Shown: piece by piece, positions 1 through 10,590 of the stretch
How the letters are laid out: every line of letters starts with the position of its first letter
Numbering within the stretch: the first letter of the stretch is position 1
Source: Meyerozyma guilliermondii
Taxonomy: Eukaryota
Assembly: GCA_051546255.1 (NCBI GenBank)
Contig: CP128816.1
Coordinates: forward strand, 1,922,001 to 1,969,107
Length of the DNA: 47,107 bases
Reading direction: 5' to 3'
Program-made: the position numbers and the translations under genes
The notes under the pieces: generated by a model
Seen by the model: the letters and a program-made list of their open reading frames with translations, nothing else
The model's database searches: none
What the model was told of the DNA's origin: nothing

Positions 1-51
1 CCGATCTTGGCGTTATTAGCACCACGCCTTAACCAACTGGGCCAAGGGACC
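1..51 (-). tRNA. tRNA-Ile(AAT), 5' part; truncated by window edge
   Basis: Reverse complement reads GGTCCCTTGGCCCAGTTGGTTAAGGCGTGGTGCTAATAACGCCAAGATCGG. It has a D-arm with A-box and anticodon loop CTAATAA (AAT at 15-17), closely resembling yeast tRNA-Ile(AAU). Confidence 0.93.
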
Positions 52-87
52 TCTTCTGATGGAACTTCTCTAAAGTGCACCAAAGAG

Positions 88-930
88 CTAGCCGGTTGAT
101 TGTTCCTTGGTTTTCTTGGTTTTCTTGATTTCCTTGGTTCTCTTTGGACCCCGTTTCCATGCTCCCGGAGGTCTAAAATTGAATATTCCGGTACAGTTGG
201 TGTATGGAACATAATCATCAGGTAATCTAGTATCATCTCTTTTTAGCATTCCTAATGCTTGATAGATTGAAACCGGTTTCCAATTTTTTTTTGACATGTG
301 TTTGGTTTTGCTTCTCAAATCTTTAAAAAAATTGCTCCAAGCTTGATCTTCTAAATCCCAAGTTTGCTCCGTTTTTCTCAGCTGAACGGCAGCATCAAAG
401 TCGCCTTTCATGTCGCTAATGTCCCACCTCTCCCGCCAGGGCGTCCAGCCCTCAGTGCCGTCATTGGGATACATAAACATGGTGCCCTTCGGTACGTTTT
501 CGTGAGGGTAGGACAAATCTCTCAGCAGCTCAAAGTGAGCCGAATGTTCCTGGGTAAATGAATTAGTATCGGTGCTTGGAACCCTCGAAGAATTATAAGT
601 TGGGTGGGATTCAGCAGATGGTAATGCTCCCATTGATTCCAAGGGAAAGTGGCTTTGCATGCCGTGAGTAGGTTCCATTGAGCTCGTAAAGTCATATAGG
701 TATTCACAATGAAGGGATAAATCTACACTAGCAAGTTCTGCCGCTGTGGGTAACGATACTAGTCGTGGAGTTTGAGACTCCGGGTCTTGAGCATGTAAAA
801 ACTCTAGTATTGGGTCTTGCTCTCCATTATTATCACCACCGCGCAGCCGACGCTGATCACCGAGATACTGCGGTCTGCTATTAATGGCTGCAACAAGCTC
901 GTCGATATCATTATAAATTGGGAAGCTCAT
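88..930 (-). CDS. Hypothetical 280-aa protein with Lys-rich C-terminus; no recognised family
   Basis: ATG-initiated 843-bp ORF; no motif recognised. Confidence 0.55.
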   Translation of the reverse strand: MSFPIYNDIDELVAAINSRPQYLGDQRRLRGGDNNGEQDPILEFLHAQDPESQTPRLVSLPTAAELASVDLSLHCEYLYDFTSSMEPTHGMQSHFPLESMGALPSAESHPTYNSSRVPSTDTNSFTQEHSAHFELLRDLSYPHENVPKGTMFMYPNDGTEGWTPWRERWDISDMKGDFDAAVQLRKTEQTWDLEDQAWSNFFKDLRSKTKHMSKKNWKPVSIYQALGMLKRDDTRLPDDYVPYTNCTGIFNFRPPGAWKRGPKRTKEIKKTKKTKEQSTG

Positions 931-1226
931 AAAAAATTACTCTCCTGCTTGTTACGATATACTCCTACATGACTGATATTGTGGAGCCAAGGTCAATATT
1001 AGCAGAACAGTTGGATATAGCCTACCAGCAGTACAAATTTCCAAATAGGAAAGTGGTTGCAACCGGTTAGGTGCAGGATATCAGGAGTAGGCCAAAAAAT
1101 TAGGGAAAGAGTAAGTAATATCTGCTGATCTTGAGAAATTAATGGCCATGGCTACCAAAATGACGTCCTGAGTACATTATATCTAGAACGTTTACAAAAA
1201 TGCACTATGTTCGTCAGCTTATTTGG

Positions 1227-1233
1227 TGACTCA
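1227..1233 (+). promoter_or_regulatory. Gcn4 binding site (TGACTCA) upstream of ILV1
   Basis: Perfect TGACTCA ~65 bp upstream of the ILV1 ATG; ILV1 is a classic Gcn4 target. Confidence 0.7.
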
Positions 1234-1297
1234 TATGCCATCCATACACCATCAACTATTTCAATGCTGCGCACTCATATTCTTCAGTGGTCCCACC

Positions 1298-2986
1298 ATG
1301 AATACAGTATGGAGTCGAAAGGTACCACAGAGGCTACCTCACAGCCTTAAAACCCTTCTTGTAAATAAGAGAGCCTTATGTCAGTCATTTCCAGTCTCTA
1401 ATAGTGCGGCAAAATTTCCTGAACTTCGTCCATCCGATCTTGATGCCGATGGTAACCCGGATTATATCAAATTGATTCTTACATCGAGGGTATACGATGT
1501 CGTGGAAGAGGGTGGACTGCCCATAACTCACGCTGTTAACCTCTCACAACGCTTTAACACCAATATCATTTTAAAGAGAGATGATCTTCTTCCGGTGTTC
1601 TCATTCAAGTTGAGAGGTGCCCATAATATGATTGCCAATCTTCAGGCCAATTCGAAAAAGCCATTGCCTGGCGTTATTGCGTGCTCTGCAGGAAACCATG
1701 CCCAAGGAGTTGCATATTCGTCTCATCGTCTTGGAATACTGGCTACAATAGTGATGCCTACCACCACACCTTCCATCAAATTCCGTAATGTTTCGAGGCT
1801 AGGTGCCCAAGTTGTCCTCTACGGTGATGATTTTGACGCCGCCAAGAAGGAATGTCTTCGTTTGGCATCTATCAATGGCTTAATTGACGTTCCCCCATTC
1901 AACCACCCATATGTCATTGCCGGCCAGGGCACCATAGCATTGGAGATTACACGCCAGTTGCGGCTCGACAAGTGTGATGCCGTATTCGTTCCCGTTGGAG
2001 GTGGTGGGTTGATTGCCGGTGTCGCTGTGTATCTTAAGAAAATTGCTCCTCATATCAAGGTTATCGGAGTAGAAACCTATGATGCTGATGCCTTGTACCA
2101 ATCGCTTAAGGCTCGTGATATGAAGAAGTTGGACGCTGTGGGAACATTTGCAGATGGAACGGCGGTGAAAATCCTTGGCGATGAATCGTGGAGAATTTGT
2201 AAGGACCATGTCGATTCAGTGGTCAGGGTTCTGACTGACGAGTTGTGTGCTGCCATCAAGGATATCTTCGAAGATACTCGCCTGATAGTTGAACCTTCAG
2301 GCGCCTTATCGGTGGCTGGTCTTAAAAAGTATATTCTCGAATCTCCCGATACAGATCACAGCAGCAAGACCTATGTTCCTATCTTGAGTGGTGCCAACAT
2401 GAACTTTGATAGACTTCGTTTCGTCAGTGAGCGTGCAGTTCTTGGTGAAGGACGGGAAGTTTCATTGGCAGTAACTATACCTGAGAAAGCAGGCGAGTTT
2501 GTGAAGCTTCAGGAAATCATTGAGCCTCGGGCTATAACTGAGTTTTCTTATCGGTATTCCAAAGACCCAGCACATATCTTTGTCAGTTTCAACGTGACGA
2601 ACAAGGAGAAAGAACTTGCTGAAATTTCCTCTGCTATCGAGGCTCTTGGAAATGAAGTCATAGACATTTCGGATAACGAACTCGCAAAGAGTCATGGTCG
2701 TTATTTGATAGGAGGAAGATCTCCATCTTTGCAACGTGAAAGAATGTACCGATTTGAGTTCCCTGAACGCCCAGGAGCGCTTAATAAGTTTTTAAATGCG
2801 TTGAAAAGTGGATGGAATATAACCTTGTTCCATTATCGTAATCATGGCAATGACATGGGTAAGATTTTATGTGGGTTTGAATTACCACCAGATGCCAGTG
2901 AAGAGGACTTTCAACAATTTTTGGACAGTTTGGGTTACAACTACGTTGACGAGTCTGATAATGTGGTTTACAAACGATTCTTATAG
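1298..2986 (+). CDS. ILV1: Threonine dehydratase (deaminase), mitochondrial
   Basis: PLP motif [35 protein letters not shown] and C-terminal ACT repeats (FPERPGAL). Start placed at ATG 1298, before a presequence-like N-terminus. Confidence 0.97.
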   Translation: MNTVWSRKVPQRLPHSLKTLLVNKRALCQSFPVSNSAAKFPELRPSDLDADGNPDYIKLILTSRVYDVVEEGGLPITHAVNLSQRFNTNIILKRDDLLPVFSFKLRGAHNMIANLQANSKKPLPGVIACSAGNHAQGVAYSSHRLGILATIVMPTTTPSIKFRNVSRLGAQVVLYGDDFDAAKKECLRLASINGLIDVPPFNHPYVIAGQGTIALEITRQLRLDKCDAVFVPVGGGGLIAGVAVYLKKIAPHIKVIGVETYDADALYQSLKARDMKKLDAVGTFADGTAVKILGDESWRICKDHVDSVVRVLTDELCAAIKDIFEDTRLIVEPSGALSVAGLKKYILESPDTDHSSKTYVPILSGANMNFDRLRFVSERAVLGEGREVSLAVTIPEKAGEFVKLQEIIEPRAITEFSYRYSKDPAHIFVSFNVTNKEKELAEISSAIEALGNEVIDISDNELAKSHGRYLIGGRSPSLQRERMYRFEFPERPGALNKFLNALKSGWNITLFHYRNHGNDMGKILCGFELPPDASEEDFQQFLDSLGYNYVDESDNVVYKRFL

Positions 2987-3018
2987 TACGGTTTGTAATT
3001 AATGCAAGCTATATACAA

Positions 3019-5007
3019 TTATATTGTCCGGCGAAGAAATGCTTGATAAGCTTCGTGATTTATGTGCACCCTTCCACTAGCCTTCATTTGCTTCTTGCCC
3101 TCCTTTTGACGCAGCAATAACTTTTTCCTTCTAGAAATATCCGCTGCATGCAACTTTTGAGTAACATCCTTTCGTTTCGCCTTGATTGTCTCACGAGCAA
3201 CAACCTTATTATTAACCTTGGCCTGAATGGCAACTTCGAAGAGTTGAAATCTCAAGTACTCTTTGAAACGAACAACATATTCTTTACCTCTTGCCTGGAC
3301 TTGAGACCTGTGCATCACCTGAGTGAGTGCATCTTGCGGTTCTCCGTTGACGCAAAGTTCCATCTTAACTATATCGGATTTTTTATAGCCAGCATCCTCA
3401 TAGTCCAACGAAGCGTAACCTTTGGTACATCCTTTCAACTTTCCAAAGAAATCTTCCACCAACTGTGCCAAGGGAATTTCGTAGCGCATAAGAACTTGTC
3501 CATTAGTGAGGTATTCTAATTCTTTTTGAATGCCACGATTATTTTCACAAAGTGACATAACTGCCCCAATGTACTCATCGGGAATGGTCATAATGGCGTT
3601 GACATAAGGCTCCATAAGCTTGTCAACGTTTTGATTACGCAAATCTGAGCCTGGGAATTCATCTGGGTTGGTAACAATCTTATCAGTTCCATCTTTGTAA
3701 ACTATCTTATAGGGAACCGTAGGAGCAGTCAAAATGATCTTTGCTCCGTATTCATTTTCGAGTCGTTCCTGAAAGACAGAAGCATGAAGAGAACCTAGAA
3801 AGCCCAAACGCCAACCCAAACCAAGAGCGTTTGAAGTCTCTTTTTCTAAAGTGACAGAACGATCATTCAACACCAAGTTGGCAATGTGGTCATCCATTAC
3901 TTTGAACTCGGATCCCTCTGCTGGAAATGCCCCAACAAACACCATTGGTTTCGGCTCTTCAAAGCCGGGGAGTGCTTCAAGTCCTTCATGTTTTCCATAC
4001 TGAAAAAAAGTATCTCCAATCTTGGCTTGACTTGGGTCCTTCATCCCAGGCACAATATACCCTACCTGACCAGCACGAATGCTTTCCATGGGAACCTTGT
4101 CTGGGTACATAATGCCAACTTCTTTCACCTCGTATCGTCCTTCAGTGTGAGCCGACAATAACTTCATGCCCTTTTTGATGGTTCCTTCTTTGACGTATAG
4201 AAGCATCACTACGCCAACATATGGATCGTGCCAAGAGTCAACTAAGAGAGCCTTTAGGGGACTGTTGATGTCACAGTCAGGGGCTGGAATGTGATCGACG
4301 ATGGCAGGAAGGATAGACTTCACATTGAGGCCAGTTTTGGCACTTACTTGAAGACAGTTTTCACGATCGAGTTCAAAGGTTGACTCAACCTGGTCCATAG
4401 CTCGAGGTATATCAGCTGCGTCCAAGTCTATCTTGTTAATGATGGGTATTAATTTGAGTCCCATACTATAGGCCAAATAAAAGTTGGCTACAGTTTGTGC
4501 TTGAACACCTTGAGTTGCATCCACAAGCAAAAGTGCACCTCCACAAGAAGCGTATGACCTAGATACTTCAGCACGGAAATCAACGTGACCAGGGGTATCA
4601 ACTAAATGCAACAAGTAATCCTGGCCGTTGCGGGGGTCATTAAATATCATTGTACATGTTTGAGCCTTGACAGTGATTCCTCGCTCTCTTTCAACATCCA
4701 ACCGATCAAGAACCTGGTTCTTATCTCCAGGCTGTATGACCCCTGTTAGCTCTAGTAACCTGTCAGAAAGGGTTGATTTGCCATGGTCAACATGGGCCAC
4801 AATGCTGAAGTTTCTATAGTTCTCCGGTGGGATTTTGGCGATGCGGTCGTATACCGATTTAATATAATTGTCACGATTTAGTGCAATTTTTCTGGCTTCT
4901 ATTGTCGCTGCCGGCGAAGTGGAATATCGACCCAACACCAGTGGCCTTAGTAGGGGCGTTCGGGACCCATATCGAGCAAGTACTGTTCTACTTGAATGTA
5001 TGTACAT
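3019..5007 (-). CDS. GUF1: Mitochondrial translation factor GUF1 (LepA/EF-4 GTPase)
   Basis: [39 protein letters not shown] and LepA C-terminus KKLL..QKEGKK. Confidence 0.97.
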   Translation of the reverse strand: MYIHSSRTVLARYGSRTPLLRPLVLGRYSTSPAATIEARKIALNRDNYIKSVYDRIAKIPPENYRNFSIVAHVDHGKSTLSDRLLELTGVIQPGDKNQVLDRLDVERERGITVKAQTCTMIFNDPRNGQDYLLHLVDTPGHVDFRAEVSRSYASCGGALLLVDATQGVQAQTVANFYLAYSMGLKLIPIINKIDLDAADIPRAMDQVESTFELDRENCLQVSAKTGLNVKSILPAIVDHIPAPDCDINSPLKALLVDSWHDPYVGVVMLLYVKEGTIKKGMKLLSAHTEGRYEVKEVGIMYPDKVPMESIRAGQVGYIVPGMKDPSQAKIGDTFFQYGKHEGLEALPGFEEPKPMVFVGAFPAEGSEFKVMDDHIANLVLNDRSVTLEKETSNALGLGWRLGFLGSLHASVFQERLENEYGAKIILTAPTVPYKIVYKDGTDKIVTNPDEFPGSDLRNQNVDKLMEPYVNAIMTIPDEYIGAVMSLCENNRGIQKELEYLTNGQVLMRYEIPLAQLVEDFFGKLKGCTKGYASLDYEDAGYKKSDIVKMELCVNGEPQDALTQVMHRSQVQARGKEYVVRFKEYLRFQLFEVAIQAKVNNKVVARETIKAKRKDVTQKLHAADISRRKKLLLRQKEGKKQMKASGRVHINHEAYQAFLRRTI

Positions 5008-5122
5008 CTGAAAAATTCGCGATCAGAAACATTTGAAGTTGCACCTCTCAGAAATTTTATGGGCTCTACATATAAAAACGGGAGTACATAATCTGACTAT
5101 TATATTAATGGACCTTTATATA

Positions 5123-6295
5123 TTATGCTCTTTTCGTTGCAAACTCTTCGACAAACTGCGCTAAAGCTTGAACTGCGGCTAACAGAACCGCATTGTAAAG
5201 ACTGGCTCTCATTCCTCCTACAGACCGATGTCCTTTGAGTCCTGTCAACTTTTGCTTGGCAGCTTCTGCCACAAATTCGGCCTCAAGCTCTTCGGTGGGC
5301 AACTTGAACACGACATTCATTCTGGATCTGTCTTGAGGACGGACAACAGTGGTATAGAACTTGGGGTACTTGTCAAGTGCACTGTAGAGTATTTTTGCCT
5401 TTTCTTCATTGGTTTTCTCAATTGGTTCGACACCTCCTTCCTTGATGAGTTTGTCAGTGACAAGCTTGATCACTTGACAAGCAAAGATGGGGATAGTATT
5501 ATAAGCTGAATTATTTTTCACCACAATTGGGTAATCGAACGCTATAGGTGACAATGGAATATTGAGTTTTTTCAATTCCTCGTCGCTAGCATGCTCCAAT
5601 AAGCTCTTCTTGATAATGTAGATGGTGAGTCCGGCCAAACCAATATTTTTTTGGGCACCAGCCATAATCAATCCATACTTGCTCACATCGATCTTTTTGG
5701 ATAAAATGTTGGACGACATATCGGCAACCAATTCGACGCCTTCAGGAAGGTAAGAAGTGTCGGGAACGTCTCTGAATTCGTTACCATTGACCGTTTCATT
5801 GTCGCAAATGTACAAGTAGGCAGTCTTGTTGGCATCAATTGGTGCCCATGAAGAGTATGGAGGGATCTCTGTGTACTTGGACGACTTTGTATTCACGACC
5901 ACATCCACGTCAAACCCAAGTCTCTTGGCTTCCTCAGCGGATTTCTGAGACCATGAGCCAGTAATGGCGTAGGCAGCTTTACCTTTGGTGCCTGTCTTTT
6001 TGGCGTAGTTAGCAAACATGTTGTAGGCAATGGAAGAAAAACCGGTAGTACCTCCACCTTGCATGAAGAAGACCTCATGGGTATCAGGAATATCGAGAAG
6101 CTTCGTCAAGTTTGCCTTTGTATCGTCAATTACTTTAATGGCTGGCTTGGATCTGTGGGAAATCTCGCCAATTCCCAAATTTTCACCACCATAGGTAATC
6201 AAGTCCAACGCCGCTTCTTGAAGTACTGAAGTAGGCAATAACGCCGGGCCAGCACCGAAATAGTATGGATCTTCTCTTTCTAATGAGCGAGCCAT
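5123..6295 (-). CDS. SER1: Phosphoserine aminotransferase
   Basis: YFGAGPA, EISHRS, ADMSS, AGAQKNIG, KGHRSVGGMRASLYNA; start at ATG 6295 (MARSLERE). Confidence 0.97.
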   Translation of the reverse strand: MARSLEREDPYYFGAGPALLPTSVLQEAALDLITYGGENLGIGEISHRSKPAIKVIDDTKANLTKLLDIPDTHEVFFMQGGGTTGFSSIAYNMFANYAKKTGTKGKAAYAITGSWSQKSAEEAKRLGFDVDVVVNTKSSKYTEIPPYSSWAPIDANKTAYLYICDNETVNGNEFRDVPDTSYLPEGVELVADMSSNILSKKIDVSKYGLIMAGAQKNIGLAGLTIYIIKKSLLEHASDEELKKLNIPLSPIAFDYPIVVKNNSAYNTIPIFACQVIKLVTDKLIKEGGVEPIEKTNEEKAKILYSALDKYPKFYTTVVRPQDRSRMNVVFKLPTEELEAEFVAEAAKQKLTGLKGHRSVGGMRASLYNAVLLAAVQALAQFVEEFATKRA

Positions 6296-6344
6296 AATTG
6301 TTAAGATTGAGAAATCAAATGAAAGCAATTTGGAAATTTCGCAC

Positions 6345-6360
6345 GAGTCACCATGACTCA
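6345..6360. promoter_or_regulatory. Paired Gcn4 sites (GAGTCA + TGACTCA) upstream of SER1
   Basis: gagtcaccatgactca, 50-65 bp upstream of the SER1 ATG. Confidence 0.65.
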
Positions 6361-6428
6361 GAGTTCTGTTACGGCTCGAATTTTAAAGGACCAATAACAG
6401 TAAAGACTTCTGGTGAGTTATAGACGAG

Positions 6429-7358
6429 TTAGTCATCATCGTAACGAGCAGCCATGATATAGTATACCACTTCGACATCATCGGAGTCTTTGAGTAGTCC
6501 ATGTACCACGCATGCCCGGTTCAGTGACATCAAGAAGATAACATTTTGACAGGTGGAAACGATTTTGGAAGCCATTGTTAAGTCCTTGATATGTACGAGG
6601 ATATCGTGCTCTTCATTCTGGCCCAATTGACTATGGTCTATTGTCAGTCGAAGTGATTCTCCCTCTCCAATATCAGCCGGGTTGTAGATCTCTAACTTAC
6701 TATTCCAACGTATTATAACCTTGATCTTGTTTTCCTGGTCCACTATGAACCGAATTGAACCCCCATCTTTGCCTTGGGCTTGTATTTTCACCAATTGGTT
6801 ACTGTCGAATTTATCAAGTCGTCGAAACGCACCGCTAAAATGCTGTGGAAGCTTCAACATCAAGTCTACATCCAGTATCTGCGGCTCCACATATTCCTGG
6901 CCAGCAGATTTTAAGATTTTCACGGGAATTTTGAAGGTGTGGTTCACCGGGCGCATTCCAACAGAAGTGTTCGTGTAGAAAAGTGCCAATGATGCATTTC
7001 TTCCGCTGGAACCAGAACTCCCTTCTTCACCATTTGAGTCCTTCTTTTGTAGTCGAATATTAAGAATGTCGCTGCTTGCTTTATCGTAATTTCGGAGGGT
7101 TTGTAGAAATAGATCAATGTTGACTTCGAGCAGAATCACGTTTTCATGTAGCGATTGTATTTCAATACTGTCAAACACAGACTTTACGTTGAGTTTGCAC
7201 CATGCTTGGGGCTCGGGGACCATGGCAGTAGGATGAACCAGAATCACTATCAATTTTTCTGGGGTGAATCGTAGTACCACAAATTTGCGAAGCAGACTGA
7301 CAAGCGAAAGTGTAGTCCTGATTGTCTCGGTATTTCGAGCCTGTAGTTTGAGTTTCAT
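6429..7358 (-). CDS. MEC3: 9-1-1 checkpoint clamp subunit (Hus1/Mec3 family)
   Basis: MKLKL...LRKFVVLRFTPEKL, PQAWCKL, ILLEVNIDLFLQTLR and HTFKIPVKIL fit the Hus1-like family. It lies near GUF1, as MEC3 does in S. cerevisiae. Confidence 0.8.
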   Translation of the reverse strand: MKLKLQARNTETIRTTLSLVSLLRKFVVLRFTPEKLIVILVHPTAMVPEPQAWCKLNVKSVFDSIEIQSLHENVILLEVNIDLFLQTLRNYDKASSDILNIRLQKKDSNGEEGSSGSSGRNASLALFYTNTSVGMRPVNHTFKIPVKILKSAGQEYVEPQILDVDLMLKLPQHFSGAFRRLDKFDSNQLVKIQAQGKDGGSIRFIVDQENKIKVIIRWNSKLEIYNPADIGEGESLRLTIDHSQLGQNEEHDILVHIKDLTMASKIVSTCQNVIFLMSLNRACVVHGLLKDSDDVEVVYYIMAARYDDD

Positions 7359-7390
7359 ATTATGGATTGGCGCGTTATAAAGAGGGCAAT

Positions 7391-7490
7391 TGTGATGCAA
7401 CTGTGATGCGATGGTGGTGAATTAGATGCGTTGGTGATGAGTTAGATCCGTTGGTGATGAGTTGGTGATGAGTTAGATAAGTTTATGATG
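7391..7490. repeat. Degenerate ~20-bp minisatellite TTAGAT(G/C)CGTTGGTGATGAG
   Basis: Near-identical units at 7422-7441 and 7442-7461, plus partial copies on both sides. Confidence 0.7.
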
Positions 7491-7656
7491 TTAACAAGTA
7501 GACTTCAATACGTAAAGTAAGGCTGTCCTATTATTGTAGTGAGCTTTTAACCTCAGAGAAATATGTGTGAGAAGTTGAAGAGAGCGAGAATCTTGAGCGA
7601 CCAACTCTACCTAAAAGCGAACAAGTTCATTTACATTTCTATGCTTCTAATATACA

Positions 7657-8039
7657 CTATGCTTTCACCACAATCACCACCGAGTCGCCTCTCAAAAACA
7701 ACTTGGACACAAATCTCTCCTTCGACACAGAATTCACTACCTTACCTTTGCCATTCTTGACGCTTTCCGTCCATAATTCTTTTACATTTTCCAAAACCAT
7801 GTTACAATGACGGTCGAAGGCTTTCACCCTGGCCACCATCTTGTGGTTATTTCGACACGATATTACTACTGGTGTATTATTATCCAAAGCGTTTTGAAGC
7901 AACGACATAGGGCCGTGAGCAAACTCAAACTCTTCGAGTTTCTGAAGCTCGAGCTCAGTAAGTTCTGATCGTGGTCTGTCGATTAAGTCACTGGGTTAGT
8001 ACGAAGTTGCAAATATGGTGCTGCTAATACTTACGACAT
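7657..8039 (-). CDS. SMD2: Sm D2 snRNP core protein; 2 exons (8035-8039, 7657-7990), 112 aa
   Basis: Sm motifs [29 protein letters not shown]. Splicing GTAAGT...TACTAACCCAG (7991-8034) restores [31 protein letters not shown]. Confidence 0.95.
7991..8034 (-). other. 44-nt spliceosomal intron of SMD2
   Basis: 5' splice site GTAAGT, branch point TACTAAC (7995-8001), 3' splice site CAG. Confidence 0.92.
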
Positions 8040-8148
8040 GGTTATATTGTGAGAGTTGTTTCAATGTTAAAAGGTGATTTTCGCGCGATGAATGCAACAG
8101 CTGCGATGGCTGCGAATTTAAACTACAATTACCATAAACTAGTATACA

Positions 8149-10461
8149 TTACTTTTTCTCGTATTGACTCAAAGGAGCGGTAAGCCCACATCCCCGCTTG
8201 ATTATGTTCTCAATCCGGCTCTTAAGAAACCCAGAACCACAGTCTACTTGCAAATCAAGCAAATTCACCGTGGCTTCATTCTTGCCTATCTTGATTTTGG
8301 CACTGTTTCCGTTATCCAACATGTTCAATGTGTCACCAAATTGGGCTCGGAGCAATGCAGATATACGTGCTAAGCGCCCAGAGATCTGGTTGTCGGCATG
8401 TGCAAATTTGGGCAGAGGTGGAGGTTTTTCTGGTTCCGCTTCTTCTCCATTTTCTTGCTTTACCGAATGCGAGTGTGGTTTAGACGACAACTTTACCGAC
8501 GCTGGAGACGAGTCTATCGAGTAAAGGATGGCTACCACGCTATCAGCCAACGAATCAGCCATCAAGTTATCGTTAATCCATTCCACCGTTATGAATAATC
8601 CACCTCCAGTGGTCTTTGTTCGATCCACAAGCACTTCGATTTTATCCATTATGAGACACTCCCATTCTTCCTCGTCGTCGTTAACTATATTGATGTATCC
8701 AAACATTTGCTCCAAATGCCACTTCATCAACGAGATGTCAGCATTGATCTTTAAGCTTATCTTTGACTTGAGAATCGAGGTGGAAAGCTGGGTATACTCA
8801 TGCAAATCTTGCATTTGGAGGAAGCTGAGGTCAAAGTCCTTCGATACAAGCACACCAGCTATGGTATGACCGGTTTTGATTGGTTCTGAAGTGTCACCAT
8901 TAACTTCTCCATCAGTCGTCTCGTCCATCTTTGACTCGTCTTCCTTTAGTTTTTTGCTGATATCCTTCTGGAGCTTGGCCAATTCTTCCTCGGCAAGATT
9001 GCCCAAGACTTTAGCAATCTTCAACCCTCGAATTCCGATCAGAAGCTCGTCACAATTTCTGGGATTGAAAACCTTGACCTCCTGTTCAGTGCCTTTACGA
9101 CTCGAATATTTACTCAAAAGAGCAGATTTCAACCGACCCATGGGATTACTCTCACCGTGAACGAGAATGATCTTCAGTGGATTAATCATGTCTATAAAGC
9201 CTGCATTTTCCTGAAAGTCAACATGAGCTGCAAATGAAATCTCCTCGATGGCCATACGCCTGGGAATCGTTACATCAGCATTCTGCAGTGACTGGATTGT
9301 GTGAGGTTCGGTCAAGAGCTCTTTGGCCATAGTTCCCTCTACGGAGTATCCAGTCATGATCACCGCATTTTTGGCATCTGGAGCCCACCGTTCGAGAAGC
9401 TCACGAGAAACGCCATTCTGAAGCATACCAGGCGCCGCTACCACAACACAGGGTCCGATATCCTGAAACTTGTCAAGACTTCTAATCAACTTGATATGCT
9501 TAAATTGAAATGGGTTCAGTTTTCCTCCTGAAGCAGAAGACACCCCGTGACGAATGTTATCGTTCATGATATTGGTGTAGGTCTGGTATACTGCCATACA
9601 CTTACGGGCCAAAGAAGATGCGAAGAACACATTTATGTTGTGGAGGTCCTCGTTTTGCAGCCAGTACTCCTCGAGAATCAACAACAATTCCTGAGCTCGA
9701 CCCAAGGCAAACACCGGCATAAGTATACGGCCTCCCTTAAGTAGGGTCAGATGAATTATTTTGGTCATTCGGGCCTCTTTCTCAAGACGAGGTTCATGAG
9801 TGGCAGTTCCAAATGTGGACTCCGTGATCAAGATATCTGGTCTCATAGGCGGGACCTCAGCCACCTGCAAATGTCTATCTTCCTCTCGTGAATAGTCACC
9901 AGTAAACAACACTTTCAACCCTCCGATCTCGACAAAGTACATACAAGCACCCAAGACGTGACCAGCATGGTAGGCAGTAAATCTAATTCCTTCCACTTCG
10001 ATTGTGGAGTGGTAGTCTATGGTTTCGATTCTGTCGAATGATCGAATCAAGTCGTCATCCGTATACAAGTTGCTACTGGTAGCAGTTTCATTACCTGAAT
10101 TCAACCGTGAGTCTCCTCCACCACCTATTGATGTGACTCGAACAAAGTCACTGAGTAACCATCTATAGATGGCTTTTGTAGCATGAGTCATGAACACCCG
10201 TCCATTGAAGTTTGTGTGTTGCATGACATACGGTAACGAAGCAGCGTGGTCCAAATGGAAGTGACTAATGAGCAAAATATCGACTTTTGACAAATCGTAT
10301 TCGTCGTAGAACGGAAGTGAACTAAGACCAGCGTAACCAGGATGGACACCAGCGTCAAGCATGATCACCTTATTCTTGTATTCGATGATATGACATGACC
10401 GACCCACTTCATTACATCCTCCAAGTCCGAAGAACCGGAAGTTGTCGTCGTCCACAGTCAT
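8149..10461 (-). CDS. YSH1: CPSF73 pre-mRNA 3'-end endonuclease (MBL/beta-CASP)
   Basis: [43 protein letters not shown]; start at ATG 10461. Confidence 0.96.
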   Translation of the reverse strand: MTVDDDNFRFFGLGGCNEVGRSCHIIEYKNKVIMLDAGVHPGYAGLSSLPFYDEYDLSKVDILLISHFHLDHAASLPYVMQHTNFNGRVFMTHATKAIYRWLLSDFVRVTSIGGGGDSRLNSGNETATSSNLYTDDDLIRSFDRIETIDYHSTIEVEGIRFTAYHAGHVLGACMYFVEIGGLKVLFTGDYSREEDRHLQVAEVPPMRPDILITESTFGTATHEPRLEKEARMTKIIHLTLLKGGRILMPVFALGRAQELLLILEEYWLQNEDLHNINVFFASSLARKCMAVYQTYTNIMNDNIRHGVSSASGGKLNPFQFKHIKLIRSLDKFQDIGPCVVVAAPGMLQNGVSRELLERWAPDAKNAVIMTGYSVEGTMAKELLTEPHTIQSLQNADVTIPRRMAIEEISFAAHVDFQENAGFIDMINPLKIILVHGESNPMGRLKSALLSKYSSRKGTEQEVKVFNPRNCDELLIGIRGLKIAKVLGNLAEEELAKLQKDISKKLKEDESKMDETTDGEVNGDTSEPIKTGHTIAGVLVSKDFDLSFLQMQDLHEYTQLSTSILKSKISLKINADISLMKWHLEQMFGYINIVNDDEEEWECLIMDKIEVLVDRTKTTGGGLFITVEWINDNLMADSLADSVVAILYSIDSSPASVKLSSKPHSHSVKQENGEEAEPEKPPPLPKFAHADNQISGRLARISALLRAQFGDTLNMLDNGNSAKIKIGKNEATVNLLDLQVDCGSGFLKSRIENIIKRGCGLTAPLSQYEKK

Positions 10462-10590
10462 GGTGAAGAAATGATTTTCGCGAGAAGAATTGAGAAGTGA
10501 GAAATGAGAAATGAGAAATGGCTGCGAGATTACAATGATGCGGTTGCCCAAAAATATTCGTTTCAATATCTTACTCTTTTCTAATATTAC

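Noticed and set aside
835..852. Ubiquitin-like RLRGG cleavage motif in the orphan ORF
   Set aside because: The Leu codon is CTG, which is Ser in this organism (RRSRGG), and no ubiquitin fold precedes it.
8164..9744. Many antisense and alternate-frame ORFs of 60-150 aa overlapping long genes, here and throughout the window
   Set aside because: Shadow ORFs of well-conserved CDSs with no independent support.
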